Origin: Mobula hypostoma
Lineage: Eukaryota
Length of the DNA: 64,000 nucleotides
Direction of reading: 5' to 3'
NCBI RefSeq assembly: GCF_963921235.1
Contig: NC_086108.1
Location: forward strand, 37,388,001 to 37,452,000
Below the pieces are notes generated by a model that did no database searches, had not been told where the DNA came from, and saw nothing but the letters and a program-made list of their open reading frames with translations. The position numbers were made by a program, and so were the translations under genes. Below, piece by piece: positions 11,935 to 23,706 of this stretch; within the stretch, counting starts at the first letter, position 1, and each line of letters opens with the position of its first letter.

Positions 11935-13873
11935 AAATCAAAAAATCAAATCAAGTTTAGCTATCATTCAAACCATACATAAGATATGGCTGAATGAGAC
12001 AACATTCCTCTGGGCCAAGGTGAAAAACATTCAAAATAGCGAGCAGCCATTCAAAATAGAGAGTAACATAAATCAAACTAGTGAGCAAAGCAGCATATTC
12101 ACTCAAAGAAAAACATATGCATAGTCCAAGACCCTGAGCCACAATGTCCGACAAAACGGGACAACAATTTTTTTTTTAAAAGTGTTGCTTCCTCAGAATT
12201 TTTTTTTGTTTATGATAGACTGCTTGAAGATGAACACAAATATAATTTCAGACTACTTGTATCACATAGGAATTTGGAGAAACAACAAATTAACTTCTAT
12301 TGAATAGAATGTGTTTAATTGCATAATGGTGCTGATGCTTTGCAATAGTTCAACTAAGTTAAAATATTTTGTTAATGATTTTCATTTGTATTCAGTGTCT
12401 GAGGCTTCTTGCTTAAGTATCCAACAATAATTCGCCAGCATTGATGGATTCCAGTTCCCTGGTGTCTTTTCTCCATGTGTCTTGGTGAAACCTTTCACCA
12501 TGCTTGTCACTAACAGCACCAAGATTTGCAGGGAAGAAGTCTAAATGGGAATGCAGAAAATGAATCTTTAGTGACATGTTGCATTTCATGGTTTTATATG
12601 CTTGAAGCGTGCTTTCAACCAGCTGCATGTAGTTTAGTGCTCTGTAGATACCGAGAAAAATTTCAGCAACTTCCTTGAATACCTTCCAGGTGATTTTCTC
12701 TGGTCCCTCTAGAAATTCTTCAAATTGCCTGTCATTGATGACCTGTTTGATTTGCCAACCAACAAAAATTCTTTCCATAATCTTGGCATCAGTTATTCTT
12801 GGAAGCATCTGTCTCAAATATCAAAATCCTTCATAAAAATTTTTGTGCCTGGTGATAGCAAATTCCATCCTTACAGCCCTGAACCCAATAATCATTACTA
12901 AAACCTGTCCTGCCCTGCAGCAGCCGCACCGACTTAGCGTGCCCAGGCACGCCTGGACAAGATAGGAAACTTTCCAGCTTACATTGTAGGCAACATTTTA
13001 ATTGACTTGAATTATGAATTGAAATAATAAACATAAGTTTATTAAAAATATACTGTGTGATATGGACATTTCATGGTGACTTTCATGATCAGTAGCCCAA
13101 AATTCATAAGATACACATAAAGGTATTCAGGAAGTAAAATCTCTGTTGCCCTGTTGTCCAAAATCTTTGCAATCGGTGATACGGTCTGCCGGAAATGTGC
13201 AAAGACATGCAATCCAGTGTGTCATTCCACCCGCTTGAGCATAGGAGGACAGCGGTGATGAGAGAGGCCAGGCCCCAGCTGAGCGTGGACACCACACTGT
13301 AATGCTTCTGCGTCTTCTCACCTGGTCTGTAGCAGCAGGCAAGCCTAAGGCTTGAGGCCTAGTCCTTGCTACAACTGAGGCTATGCAGCTCCCATGTCAT
13401 CTCCCCCTCCACCAGACAAGGGTAATAGGCCTGCAACAATTTACAGTATCACTGTCCAACAGAATCTTGCAATCGCAAGTGAAGTGTCTGAGACAATCTC
13501 CAACAATTATACTGCACCAACTTCAATGTTTCTGAGTAGCAAGCAGCAACACGGTCTGCAGCCAGGTCAGCTCCTCTGACATCCTGACAGGTGCCTCCGA
13601 TGTCCCAACAGTCTCCTTTCCCAATATCCCAGCTGGCTCCTTCTTCAACATCCAGGCCGACCTGTTCAATACCTCGGCAGCTTCGCTGCCAATACCAGTC
13701 CAGCTAATCCGATCAACAAGCAGCTCACTGATGGAGTAGCCCTGCAGTACCCGATGTTCCTGGAGTAGAATTGCTTTTGGATCATATAAAACAAACTTTA
13801 CAATGAGAAAAGCACCTTTGGTTGGCCTTCGAGAGGCTGCTGCATTTACATGCACTGCTGTCTTACCAGAAGT
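11935..13873 (-). mobile_element. Probable non-autonomous LINE-derived element with Rex1-like 3' tail, interrupted by a DNA transposon
   Basis: Rex1-like tail (aaatcaaatcaagttt on plus) at the left end and a GC-richer body at 13155-13873. No recognisable protein. Confidence 0.35.
12155..13154 (-). mobile_element. Internally deleted DNA transposon, probably Chapaev3 (CMC superfamily)
   Basis: ORF 12413-12817(-) has MSLKIHFLHSHLDFFPANLGAVSDKHGERFHQD. An upstream piece LLGSGL*GWNLLSPGTK (about 12843-12893) is fused directly to it. The ends are imperfectly inverted (acgggacaaca... / ...tgttgccctgt). Confidence 0.7.
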
Positions 13874-15299
13874 TTTTTTAATTTATAAGAATTGTACCTG
13901 TGATTTGGGTAGCCTTTTTGCTTTGTGTTTTATGAATGTTGTGTTTTTTAAAAATAGCTTGTAATTTGGAAATATTTAAGATAAAAATCCTGTGTGACCT
14001 TAGAATATATATTAAGAATGTTGTTTTGAATTAAACATGTATCCCTGTAAATAGACGAACAGTTTTTTAAACTACTTTGTTAGCTGGAATTACTTTTTCC
14101 TTGATAAGGAGAAGGAACCCCCACTTAAATAGAGGGTATTGGCACCTAAACTCACTGTGGAGAACAAACAGGGAAGCAAATTAATCTTCGTAGATTGGGT
14201 AGTTACAGCATAATCTCCCTTTAGTGAGAGTACACGTGGCTATTTGTATTCAATAGAGCTTAAGGTCTGCATTTGCGTTTAGAACTTCGTGATCAGCAAA
14301 CTCAATACCATCACAACAGCATAACCACATGCACGTCATTGCCTTCACCAAAAGGGTCTCAAGAAAGATCCAAGATGGGCACCTTGGCAATTCCATTGGA
14401 AGGCACAGTTCGTTAAGATTAGATCCCATGTACAAATAACTTGGGTCTCCTGCTATGAAAGGGAAAGAGTTCCAAAGACTTAACATTGTGTTACAAATAA
14501 AATGAAGAATGCTGTAATTAGTCAAGAGGTTCTATCAGTCTGGGAGTCACGTTGGATTACAGTTGGGAGGCATGTGACACTGTGAGGGTCAAACAGATCA
14601 ATTACATTTGATCTTTCTAAATGCTTTTGAAGAACTGATCTGGGCCTAAAATTTGATAAATCCTTTACCGATGACAGTCGGTGTTGTGAAAGCAAAAATA
14701 AACTTAAATAAAGAAAATCTGGGTGACATTCAATACGCGTACTTTAATAAAAAGGATATTTCTGCTATTGAAATGCACTACCTGATTGCAGAAGAATAAG
14801 ATAAAACACTTCTGCTCTATTGTTAGTAAGGGTAATATAATCACAAATTGAAACTTCCATCTGTGTATGAATCACATCTTGCAAAGCCATATCCTATAAT
14901 CATTTTTATCCTATGTTCCAAGGTGGTCTATACTGAATAATAAAACAAGCATTTCAAAACTTCTGATAACATACACACATGAATCAATTAGATCTATAGT
15001 TGAATTTGTATTGGGATGTGTGTAAATCTATGCTTGAAAGTGGAAGATATATTTAAGAGCAGAATTTTTGTATTGCTTTGGATCCAGTTTACCATTGTTT
15101 GGACTATCCAACTTGGAGAAAAGGCTATGAATCATCACTGAAAGAGTCTAGTTGACATTAATATTTCTAGTGATTCAGGAACGGCCTTAGGCCTCAAAAC
15201 CTTTTGGTTGTCACTATTACTTTGTTAATTCTATTAGATGCACAATAAAGCAGAAATGATGCAGTTTGCCTTTGGACAATATTCACAATTCTACTATAA

Positions 15300-16820
15300 G
15301 GTATATAACTATATAACAATTACAGCAGAGAAACAGGCCATCTCGACTCCTCTAGTCCGTGCCGAACGCTAACTCTCACCTAGTCCCATCGACCTGCACT
15401 CAGCCCATAACCCTCCATTCCTTTCCTGTCCATATACCTGTCCAATTTAACTTTAAATGACAATATCAAACCTGCCTCAACCACTCCTGCTGGAAGCTTG
15501 TTCCACACAGCTACCACTCTCTGAATAAACAAGTTCCCTGTCATGTTACCCCTAAATTTTGGTGCTTTAACTCTCAACTCACGTCCTCTTGTTTGAATCT
15601 CCCCTACTCTCAATGGAAAAAGTCTATCCACATCAACTCTATCCCTCTCATATTTTAAATACCTCTATCAAGTCCCCCCTCAACTTTCTACGCTCCAAAG
15701 AATAAAGACCCAACTTGTTCAACCTTTCTCTGTAACATGGGTGATGAAACCCAGGTAACATTCTAGTGAATCTTCTCTGTACTCTCTCTATTTTGTTGAC
15801 ATCTTTCCTATAATTCGGTGACCAGAACTGTACACAATACTCCAAATCTGGCCTTACCAATGCCTTGTACAATTTCAACATTACATCCCAGCTCCTATAC
15901 TTAATGCTCTGATTTATAAAGGCCAGCATACTAAAAGCTTTCTTCACCACCCTATCCACATGAGATTCCACCTTCAGGGAACTATGCACCATTATTCCTA
16001 GATCCCTCTGTTCTACTGCATTCTTCAATGCCCTACTATTTACCATGTATGTCCTATTTTGATAGCTCTACCAAAATATAGCACCTCACATTTATCAGCA
16101 TTAAAATCCATTTGCCATCTTTCAGCCCACTCTTCTAACTGACCTAAATCTCTCTGCAAGCTTTGAAAACCTACTTCATTATCCACAACTCCACCTATCT
16201 TAGTATCATCTGCATACTTACTAATCCAATTTACCACCGCATCATCCAGATCATTAAGGTATATGACAAACAACATTGGACCCAGTACAGATCCCTGAGG
16301 CAGACCACTAGTCACCAGCTTCCAATCTGACAAACAGTTATCCACCACCACTCTCTGGTGTCTCCCTTCCAGCCACTGCTGAATCTATTTTACTACTTTG
16401 ATATTAATGCCGAACGATTGAACCTTTCTAACTAACCTTCCCTGTGGAACCTTGTCAAAGGCCTTACTGAAGTCCATATAGACAACATCCACCGCTTTAC
16501 CCTCGTCAACCTTCCTAGTAACCTCTTCAAAAAAATTCAATAAGATTTGTCAAACATGACTTTCCACACACAAATCCACATTGACTGTTCCTAATCAGAC
16601 CCTGTCTAGCCAGATAATTATATATATCATCTCTAAGAATACTTTCCATTAATTTACCCACCACTGACGTCAAACTTACATGCCGATAATTGCTAGGTTT
16701 ACTCTTAGAACCCTTTTTAAACAATGGAACAACATGAGCAATACGCCAATCCTCCGGCACCATCCCCGTTTCTAATAAGATTTGAAATATTTCTGTCAGA
16801 GTCCCCTGTTATTTCCACAG
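15300..16820 (-). mobile_element. CR1 LINE, 3' half (RT + 3' UTR), frameshifted
   Basis: ORF pieces at 16527-16763, 16040-16351 (PQGSVLGP, YADD), 15648-16046 and 15380-15631. Confidence 0.92.
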
Positions 16821-16944
16821 ATCGTAGAGCTCTAAAGGCATGGAGGCTCGATTCTGCTGTTAAGCTCTTCTCACCTATTCCCAAGATCAGTACATAATGG
16901 TGAAGAAGAACTATGACTTTCTGCTTAGTAACTTGGTGAGTACT

Positions 16945-17125
16945 AGTGTCTCAGTCAACATCATTGAAACAAGTATCTGGTCATTATCAAGTTGTTGTCT
17001 TTGGAAAATTAACTTACTGTCTATTAATTTGCTGCTGTGCCTCTTACAACATTGAAGGCATTTCAAAGGAGAGGTGTTTCGCTGGATGTATTGCCCTTTG
17101 AGGTCACTGAAGAATTTGAGGGAAA
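16945..17125 (+). mobile_element. Ancient Deu-domain SINE remnant (SacSINE1/AmnSINE1-like)
   Basis: caacatcattgaaacaagtatctggtcattatcaagttgttgtctttgg resembles the Deu core as I recall it. A matching tail-like piece is at 20600-20672 (cttcattggctgtggaagcc...tactatatcaatgcaa). Confidence 0.5.
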
Positions 17126-18779
17126 CAAACCAGATGCAGTTCCATGTTTTTCTTTTGCTTACTGTATACCCTTCATACTTGGAACAGATGTGGGGCAAAG
17201 CAGAAAGAAGCTTCATTGGTATACTTCACAGAAAATGGGAAAGGGTGTCAGTCCATTTTGTGACAGGTTTGTATCATGATTGTCAATCCACAACAGGTCC
17301 CCATGACTCACAGGTGTCTGGCAGGCAAATCCCCATAGAGGTGAATTCCTGTTCAGGTGACCTCCTGTTAGCTGTTGCTCCTCCCCTCACTTGACCAACC
17401 TTGCTGGGTGTTTATTAGCTAATATTTTAGTTGGAAGAAAAGAAGGATCTATAGAGAGAAGTATAATCTATCAGAGGGAGTCCTCATATCAGTTGTGTTG
17501 ACTTTTGCTAAGCACTCTGATGTGCTGTCTCTGCTCAGAATGAAGGTTGAAACTCTATGAATTATCAGCTAAGGCACCTTCTGCCTTAACGTTTGTGCTT
17601 CCCATTACCCTTGTGCTGTTCTGATGGTGCTTTCACTGAGTCTAATGGGCAGTGCTGTCTTCTTCCGACTTCCCAGCTGCTGGGATCTCCCCAGGAGCCA
17701 GTGTTGGGTTACATCCGGCAAAGGTACAGCAGTTCCAATTCAAACATATGAGAGTTGGGGGTGCTAGAAGAATGATAAGTGGCTTTGATTTTAACAAGTA
17801 TTTTAGTTAGTTTTACTAATTATGATAACTGATTTTTATTGTGTGCATGCACTTTTATGCTTTCTGTTTGGAAAGAAACAAATTTAAGTAACATACCCAA
17901 AACGGCAAGTCAGTTGTCTATGCTACCTGTATTGCTGTGAATCTCCAGCAATTTGTATGAATTGCTCAAGATTTCCAACATCTGCAGAATCCCTTTGTGA
18001 TTAATATTATTATGTTTGTGTACCTGTCCGAGGTGTCAGTAAATGTTTGTGACTATCAAGGGCATTGCCAATTTCCATGGCCGCAGCCAAGCAGAGAGCT
18101 TTGGCAAAAACAGGGTAGAGTCTCACCAGCTGACAAAGGTGCTCAGTAAGAATGGCTGGCTTCATGTACTGGATAGACCATTTTCTGCATTGAACCATGT
18201 TGATGTGCTGGGAGTCTACGTGGAAGCCTTCATCAAGGGCCATATGTGACCTGGAGCAGGAAGCCAGTGACTTCGAGGCAAATGAAGATCTCTCCTGGGA
18301 CTTGAGAGTCATTCCCAGATCATCAAATCTTGTATGTCCACCTATCTAAAACCTTCCTTTCACTTCTATTTTGACACTTTTGTGGCCTAAATACACATGC
18401 TTTCAATACACTTTTATGTGCTTTATTAGATGACTTCATAAAGTATTTCTCCTTGCCGTCATTTAACCGTGTTTCTACAAAATGGTTTTTGATATTAACT
18501 GTCCTCTTGCCCAGAAATTAGAATGCGCCTGATTTTGTTGTGTTGGCAACAACTTTCTTCCCTAGCACGAAATTTGCAAAAGTAGTTTGAAAGGTTTTTG
18601 AAACAGCATTGGAATTAATGTGTAGGACTTAGCATCGTTGATGGGTCTATATTTCCAATTCAGACAGAGGAGAACCAGTGTCTCTGTATGCCTATTGCAC
18701 CCCTCCTTCATGATAGTAGAATGTTAAATTAAATAAACACATTTACATATTACTGTTTGACTATATTACTATAGAACTC

Positions 18780-19210
18780 TCAAAGGTCAAAGTAAATTTA
18801 TTATCAAAGTACATATATTTCACCATGTACAACACTAAGATTAATTTTCTTGTTGGCGTCACAGTAAATACAAGAAACACAACAGAATCAGTGGAAGATT
18901 GCACCTAACCAATGTGCAAAAGTCAACAAAAGGAAAGAAAAAAATAATAAAAGAAATAAGCTCAAAGGTTGTGGGGAACATTCAGCGATATGGTAAGTGA
19001 ATTTGAGTGAAGTTATACCCTCTGGTTCAAGAGCCTGATGGTTGAGGGGTGATAACTGTTTCTGAACCTGGTGGGGTAAGTCCTGAGGCTCCTGTACCTC
19101 CTTTCAGATGGCAGCAGCAAGAAGGGAGCATGGACTGAATGGTGTGGGCTCTTGATGATGGATGCTGCTTTCCTGTGACAGTGCTCTATGCAAATGTGCT
19201 CAATGGTGCC
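18780..19210 (-). mobile_element. Rex1/Babar LINE 3' end
   Basis: Reverse strand encodes a RKAASIIK..H...LLLPS.RRYRS-like C-terminus, followed by a 3' UTR with aataaatttactttg tail. Confidence 0.75.
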
Positions 19211-19849
19211 TGTTCTTACATTATTTTAAGGCTGTGGGCTTTATTGAAGCATGGTTCAAGATCATACTTTGACCTTGTAAAGTTATGCTGGTCATGGTAG
19301 AAAATACCAGAATCTCAGTGAGCTGTGGGCGGATTTATACTTTGGATGAGTGAGTTCCCCACAAATGATTGTCCTGGGAGAAGAATTACAAATTTGTTCC
19401 TTACTTTAAAGCACAATCATTTTTATTTTCAGAAATTGTTAACCTTAATTGAATAAAATATCCTAAACCTTGTGTTTGAGGCATACAGCCACACAGCAAT
19501 ATTCCCTTGAGTATTTATGGTTAAAACAAAATAACACATTTATTTATATTGCACAATATAGTCTATACCTATGTATTTCATCCTCACACTTAGTTAAAGC
19601 TTTTTTAATTTGCTTTTTACTTGATTGAGCACACATAATGGAAGTAACTAATAAAATGCATAAAAAGGTGAAAAGTATAGTTCCGGTAGGGCACTGATCT
19701 ATGAGTCAGAAAGTTGAAAGTTCAAGTTGCAGTCAAGAGACATCAACACGAGATCCAAGCTGTCATGGCACTATCAAGTAATGGCAAAAGATTCTTTGGT
19801 GGTGTTTTGAGCAAGATTAAGGGAATTATCTCTGGCTATCTGGTCAAAT

Positions 19850-20266
19850 TGTATTCCCATCTGTTACTCATTTTTATGCACACATTCTTTCTCTCACTCT
19901 CCTTTTTCTCCCTCTGTCCCTCTGAATATACCTCTTGCCCATCCTCTGGGTCACCCTCCCCCCCTTGTCTTTCTTCCCGGACCTCCTGTCCCATGATCCT
20001 CTCGTATCCCCTTTTGCCTATCACCTGTCCAGCTCTCAGCTCTATCCCTCCCCCTCCTGTCTTCTCCTATCATTTTGCATCTCCCCCTCCCCCTCCAGCT
20101 TTCAAATCCCTTACTCACTCTTCCTTCAGTTAGTCCTGACGAAGGGTCTCGGCCTGAAACGTCGACTGCGCCTCTTCCTATAGATGCTGCCTGGCCTGCT
20201 GCGTTCACCAGCAACTTTGATGTATGTTGCTTGAATTTCCAGCATCTGCAGAATTCCTGTTGTTTA
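19850..20266 (+). mobile_element. Penelope-like element terminal-repeat region carrying a minimal hammerhead ribozyme
   Basis: CT-rich tract followed by tagtcCTGACGAagggtctcggcctGAAACGTCgact. Same family as 22375-22505, 26480-26660(-), 37040-37170 and 55010-55500(-); the last carries a GIY-YIG C-terminal remnant. Confidence 0.75.
20131..20168 (+). ncRNA. Minimal type I hammerhead ribozyme motif (Penelope-type)
   Basis: Stem I agtc(20132-20135)/gact(20164-20167); CUGACGA 20136-20142; stem II agg/cct; GAAAC 20156-20160; GUC triplet 20161-20163; palindromic ACGU in place of stem III. Confidence 0.75.
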
Positions 20267-20989
20267 CGTGACATTAACTTTTTTTGGGACTTTCAAATGC
20301 AAAAATTGACCTTATGGTTACTTCCTGATAACTGATTGCCCTTCTAAAAGTAGTGGCTATGGCTCAGTCCATCACGGGTGAAGCCTTCCCCACCACTGAG
20401 CACATTTACACAGAACTGTATTTGCTCAGTTTATTGCCTTTTGCACACTGGTTCAACACTTTAGTTGATGAGGTCTTTCATTGATTCAGTTATGGCTATT
20501 ATTCTATCGATTTATTGAGTATGCCCACAAGAAAGTGATCTCAGGGTTGTATAAAGTGACAAATATGTACATTGATAATACATTTACTTTGAACTTTGAA
20601 AGGACTTCATTGGCTGTGGAAGCCTTGAGCTACCTTGAGGCAGTGAAAAGTACTATATCAATGCAACTCCTTTCACTCAGGATTCTGATATGCTAAAGAT
20701 TTATTCTGTGTTCTCCTTATCCCTTTTCCTTCGTATCTATTCTTCCCTTGCTTACTGGCCTCATTGTGAACTTGAAAATAAATCTTGAAAAGGTTTCTGA
20801 ATCCTGAGTGAAAGAAAGAATTGCACTGATATAACACTTTAAAGGAGACAAAACACATTTGTTCATCTCCCTCTTCTTTGTTCATGTTAGCGTCTATTTC
20901 TTAACACTCTCCCACTGTTCAGCTGCTGAACACATAGAGGCTCTTTACTACATTGGAGGAGGAGGGCAATTTCCCTGAAAATGCATTGA

Positions 20990-21945
20990 CAAATAATAAA
21001 TAACCTGAATGAAAATGTAGAATAGTGGGTTAGTAAATTTGTAGATGACACCAAGATTGGTGGAGTTGTGGATAGTGTAGAAGACTAACAAAGTATACAG
21101 CATGATATAGTCTAAATGCAGGTCTGGGCAGAGAAATGGCAGATGGAGTTTAACCCAGATAAATGTGAGAAGTTGTACCTCAATAGGGCAAATGCAAGGA
21201 AACAGTAAACTATTAACGGCAAGATCCTTAACAGTGTTGCTGAGCAGAGGGATCTTGGGATCCAAGTTCATAGCTCCTCGATAGTGTCGATGAGGTGGTT
21301 AAGAAGGCTTATGGAATGCTTGCTTTTATTAGTCAAAGGATTGAGTTCAAAAGTCAGGAGGTTATGTTGCAACTTTATAAAGCTCTGATTTGGCCACATC
21401 TGGAATATTGTGTCCAGTTCTGGTCACTCCATTACAGGAAGGATTTTGAGGTTTTGGAAAGAGTGTAGAAGAGGTATACCAGGACTCTGCCTGGTTTAGA
21501 TGGCATGTCCTACCTTGAGAGGCTAGATAAACTTGTGTTGTTTTCTCTGGAGTATCAGAGGCTGAGAGAAGATCTGATAAAGGTTGTGAGAGGCATAGAT
21601 AGAACGAACAGAGAGTATCTGTTTTCCGGGGTTGAAGCTTCTCATACCAGAGGGCATGCATCAAAGGTGAGAGGGACTAGTTTCAAGGGGTATGTGGGGT
21701 TAAGTTTTTTACTCAGAGAGTGGTGGATGCCTGGAATGTGCTGCCTGGTATGGTGATAGAGACAAGTACTTCTGAGGCTTTTAAAAGACATTTGGATAGG
21801 TGCACGGATGTAAGGAAGACGGAGGGATATCAACATGGTGTAGGTTGGAGGAATTAGTTTTTGTCTGTTTTTGATTTGCTTTTTAGCTGGTTCAGCACAA
21901 CATTGTGGACCAATAACCTGTTCCTGTGCTGTACTGTTCTGTGTT
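20990..21945 (+). mobile_element. CR1 LINE 3' fragment
   Basis: Degenerate SKFVDDTKIGG and LWPHLEYCVQFW motifs. The 3' UTR is shared with 51830-52045 and 25315-25500(-). Confidence 0.85.
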
Positions 21946-22039
21946 TGAATTATTCTTATTCAAACAAGCACCTACTCAGTAAGTTATAACTTTACACAGT
22001 ATAGAAATAGCCCCTCAGTGTAAATAGACATCAGATGCT

Positions 22040-22290
22040 AATTTTACACTAATTCCTCTCCCCACATTCCCATCAACTTTTCCAAGATATAATCACTCAC
22101 TCATTCACTATGGTCAATTTTATTAACCTGTCAACCTTCTGGTTTTGGACACAGGAGGAAACTGGAGCATCTGAGGGAAACCCACGTGGTTACAGAACAG
22201 GTAAACTTCACACAGGCAGCACCAGAGGTCAGGATTAACCCCAGGAACCTAGACCAGAGGCATCAACTCAATCCGCTGTGTCACTGTGCC
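22040..22290 (-). mobile_element. V-SINE/HE1-like SINE remnant
   Basis: ggaggaaactggagcatctgagggaaacccacgtggttacag...aaacttcacacaggcagcaccagaggtcaggatt is the reverse of a V-core plus tRNA-like head. Confidence 0.55.
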
Positions 22291-22504
22291 AGCTCAATTC
22301 ATAGCGGATACATTATCAATTGCCAAATGAGCATTTGAGAAGTATAGGAGACAATGGCAGCTTACCTGAGTGGGGCTGCTAAAGGGTCTCGGCCTGAAAC
22401 ATCGACTGTACTCTTTTCCATACAGGCTGCCTGGCCAGCTGAGTTCCTCTAGTATTTTGTGTGTGCTGCGTGGATTTCCTGTATCTGCAGATTTTCTCTT
22501 GTTT

Positions 22505-23480
22505 ATGGTAATTATATGTAACCTCTCCATCACAATGATGCGACCTACTATCACAGAGAGGTAGGTTGTCTTGCAGCAATGGGTGCTCATACCAACTTGG
22601 AGCTTAATGCTATCCACACAGAGGAAATAAAGGTTGACTTCTACCAACGACCCCTTACCTGCTCTCCACTTCCTTGGAAATTAATGGTCAGGTTGTGTCT
22701 GTGGTCGAGTCATTCGAATTTTTGGTGTTTACCATTACCAATACATTGAATTGGGACAAACACATTACATTCATCACTAGCAAAGCCCAGCAGAGATTGT
22801 TCTCCTTTCACCAGCTTAGAAAACTGAACATCTTGGAGCGTATCCTGATGAATTTTAACTCGGCATCATCTAGAGAACTGTGACCACCTCTATCACCGCT
22901 TGGTGTCCCGCTGCCTCCTCCTTCTCCAAGTCCAGGTTGCACTGAGTGGTCCACTCAGCGGAGAAGATCATTGGCTGTCGCTACCGACAGTGAAAGACCC
23001 ATTCATCTCCACAGCGAAGAAGAGCTGGAAAAATTACTGCTGTCTCCACCCACCTTAGCAGTCACCTATTGTATTCACCAAATTGCCATGGGAGGTGCTG
23101 AAAGTCCATCACCACCAGGACCACACATCATCCCCGAAGCTTCTTTCCTGTAGCTATCCAGTTTCTCAAAAAAACTCACTCAGCTGTAATACCCTCACTG
23201 TCCCTGCACAACATCTTCCCTGCTCATTTTGTTCTGTTGATAACTATTGAGTCTGTCCGTATGTTCGTATTTATTTAAGTTTGATCAATGATGTTTGCGC
23301 ATGTGACTGTTCTGCTAATTGTTGACTGTTCACGGCTTATTGCACTATCATCTTGTAAATTGTTGGTTGTTGTTGTGTGGTCTGTTATGGTATTGTCCTG
23401 CGTATTATGCTTGGTACTGAACCACAATCAGTTCTGGTATGTTTCACATACTGGCAATAAAGTGAAACTGATTCTGATTT
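22505..23480 (+). mobile_element. Diverged Rex1/Babar-like LINE 3' portion
   Basis: ORF 22674-22883 (VSVVESFEFL..TITNTLNWDKHI...KAQQRLF) and tail aataaagtgaaactgattctgatt. Confidence 0.7.
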
Positions 23481-23706
23481 AGATATTGACTAAGTAACTG
23501 TAATTCTACAGTACAAACATTACTAAAATATGTACGAGACAGTTTAAAAAGATGACTTAAAAATTCAGTTGAACATCTCTAGTTGGCTTGCACAGTTCTA
23601 AACAACAGGATGACTAATCAGGTTACAGACAATTTTGTTATTTATATCTATTGTGCTCCTGCGCAAACACAAATGATCCAGCTCCTGAAATGTGTGCTTC
23701 CATATA

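Noticed and set aside
17037..17394. Overlapping 80-106 aa ORFs
   Set aside because: No motif or splice support, and they partly overlap an old SINE remnant.
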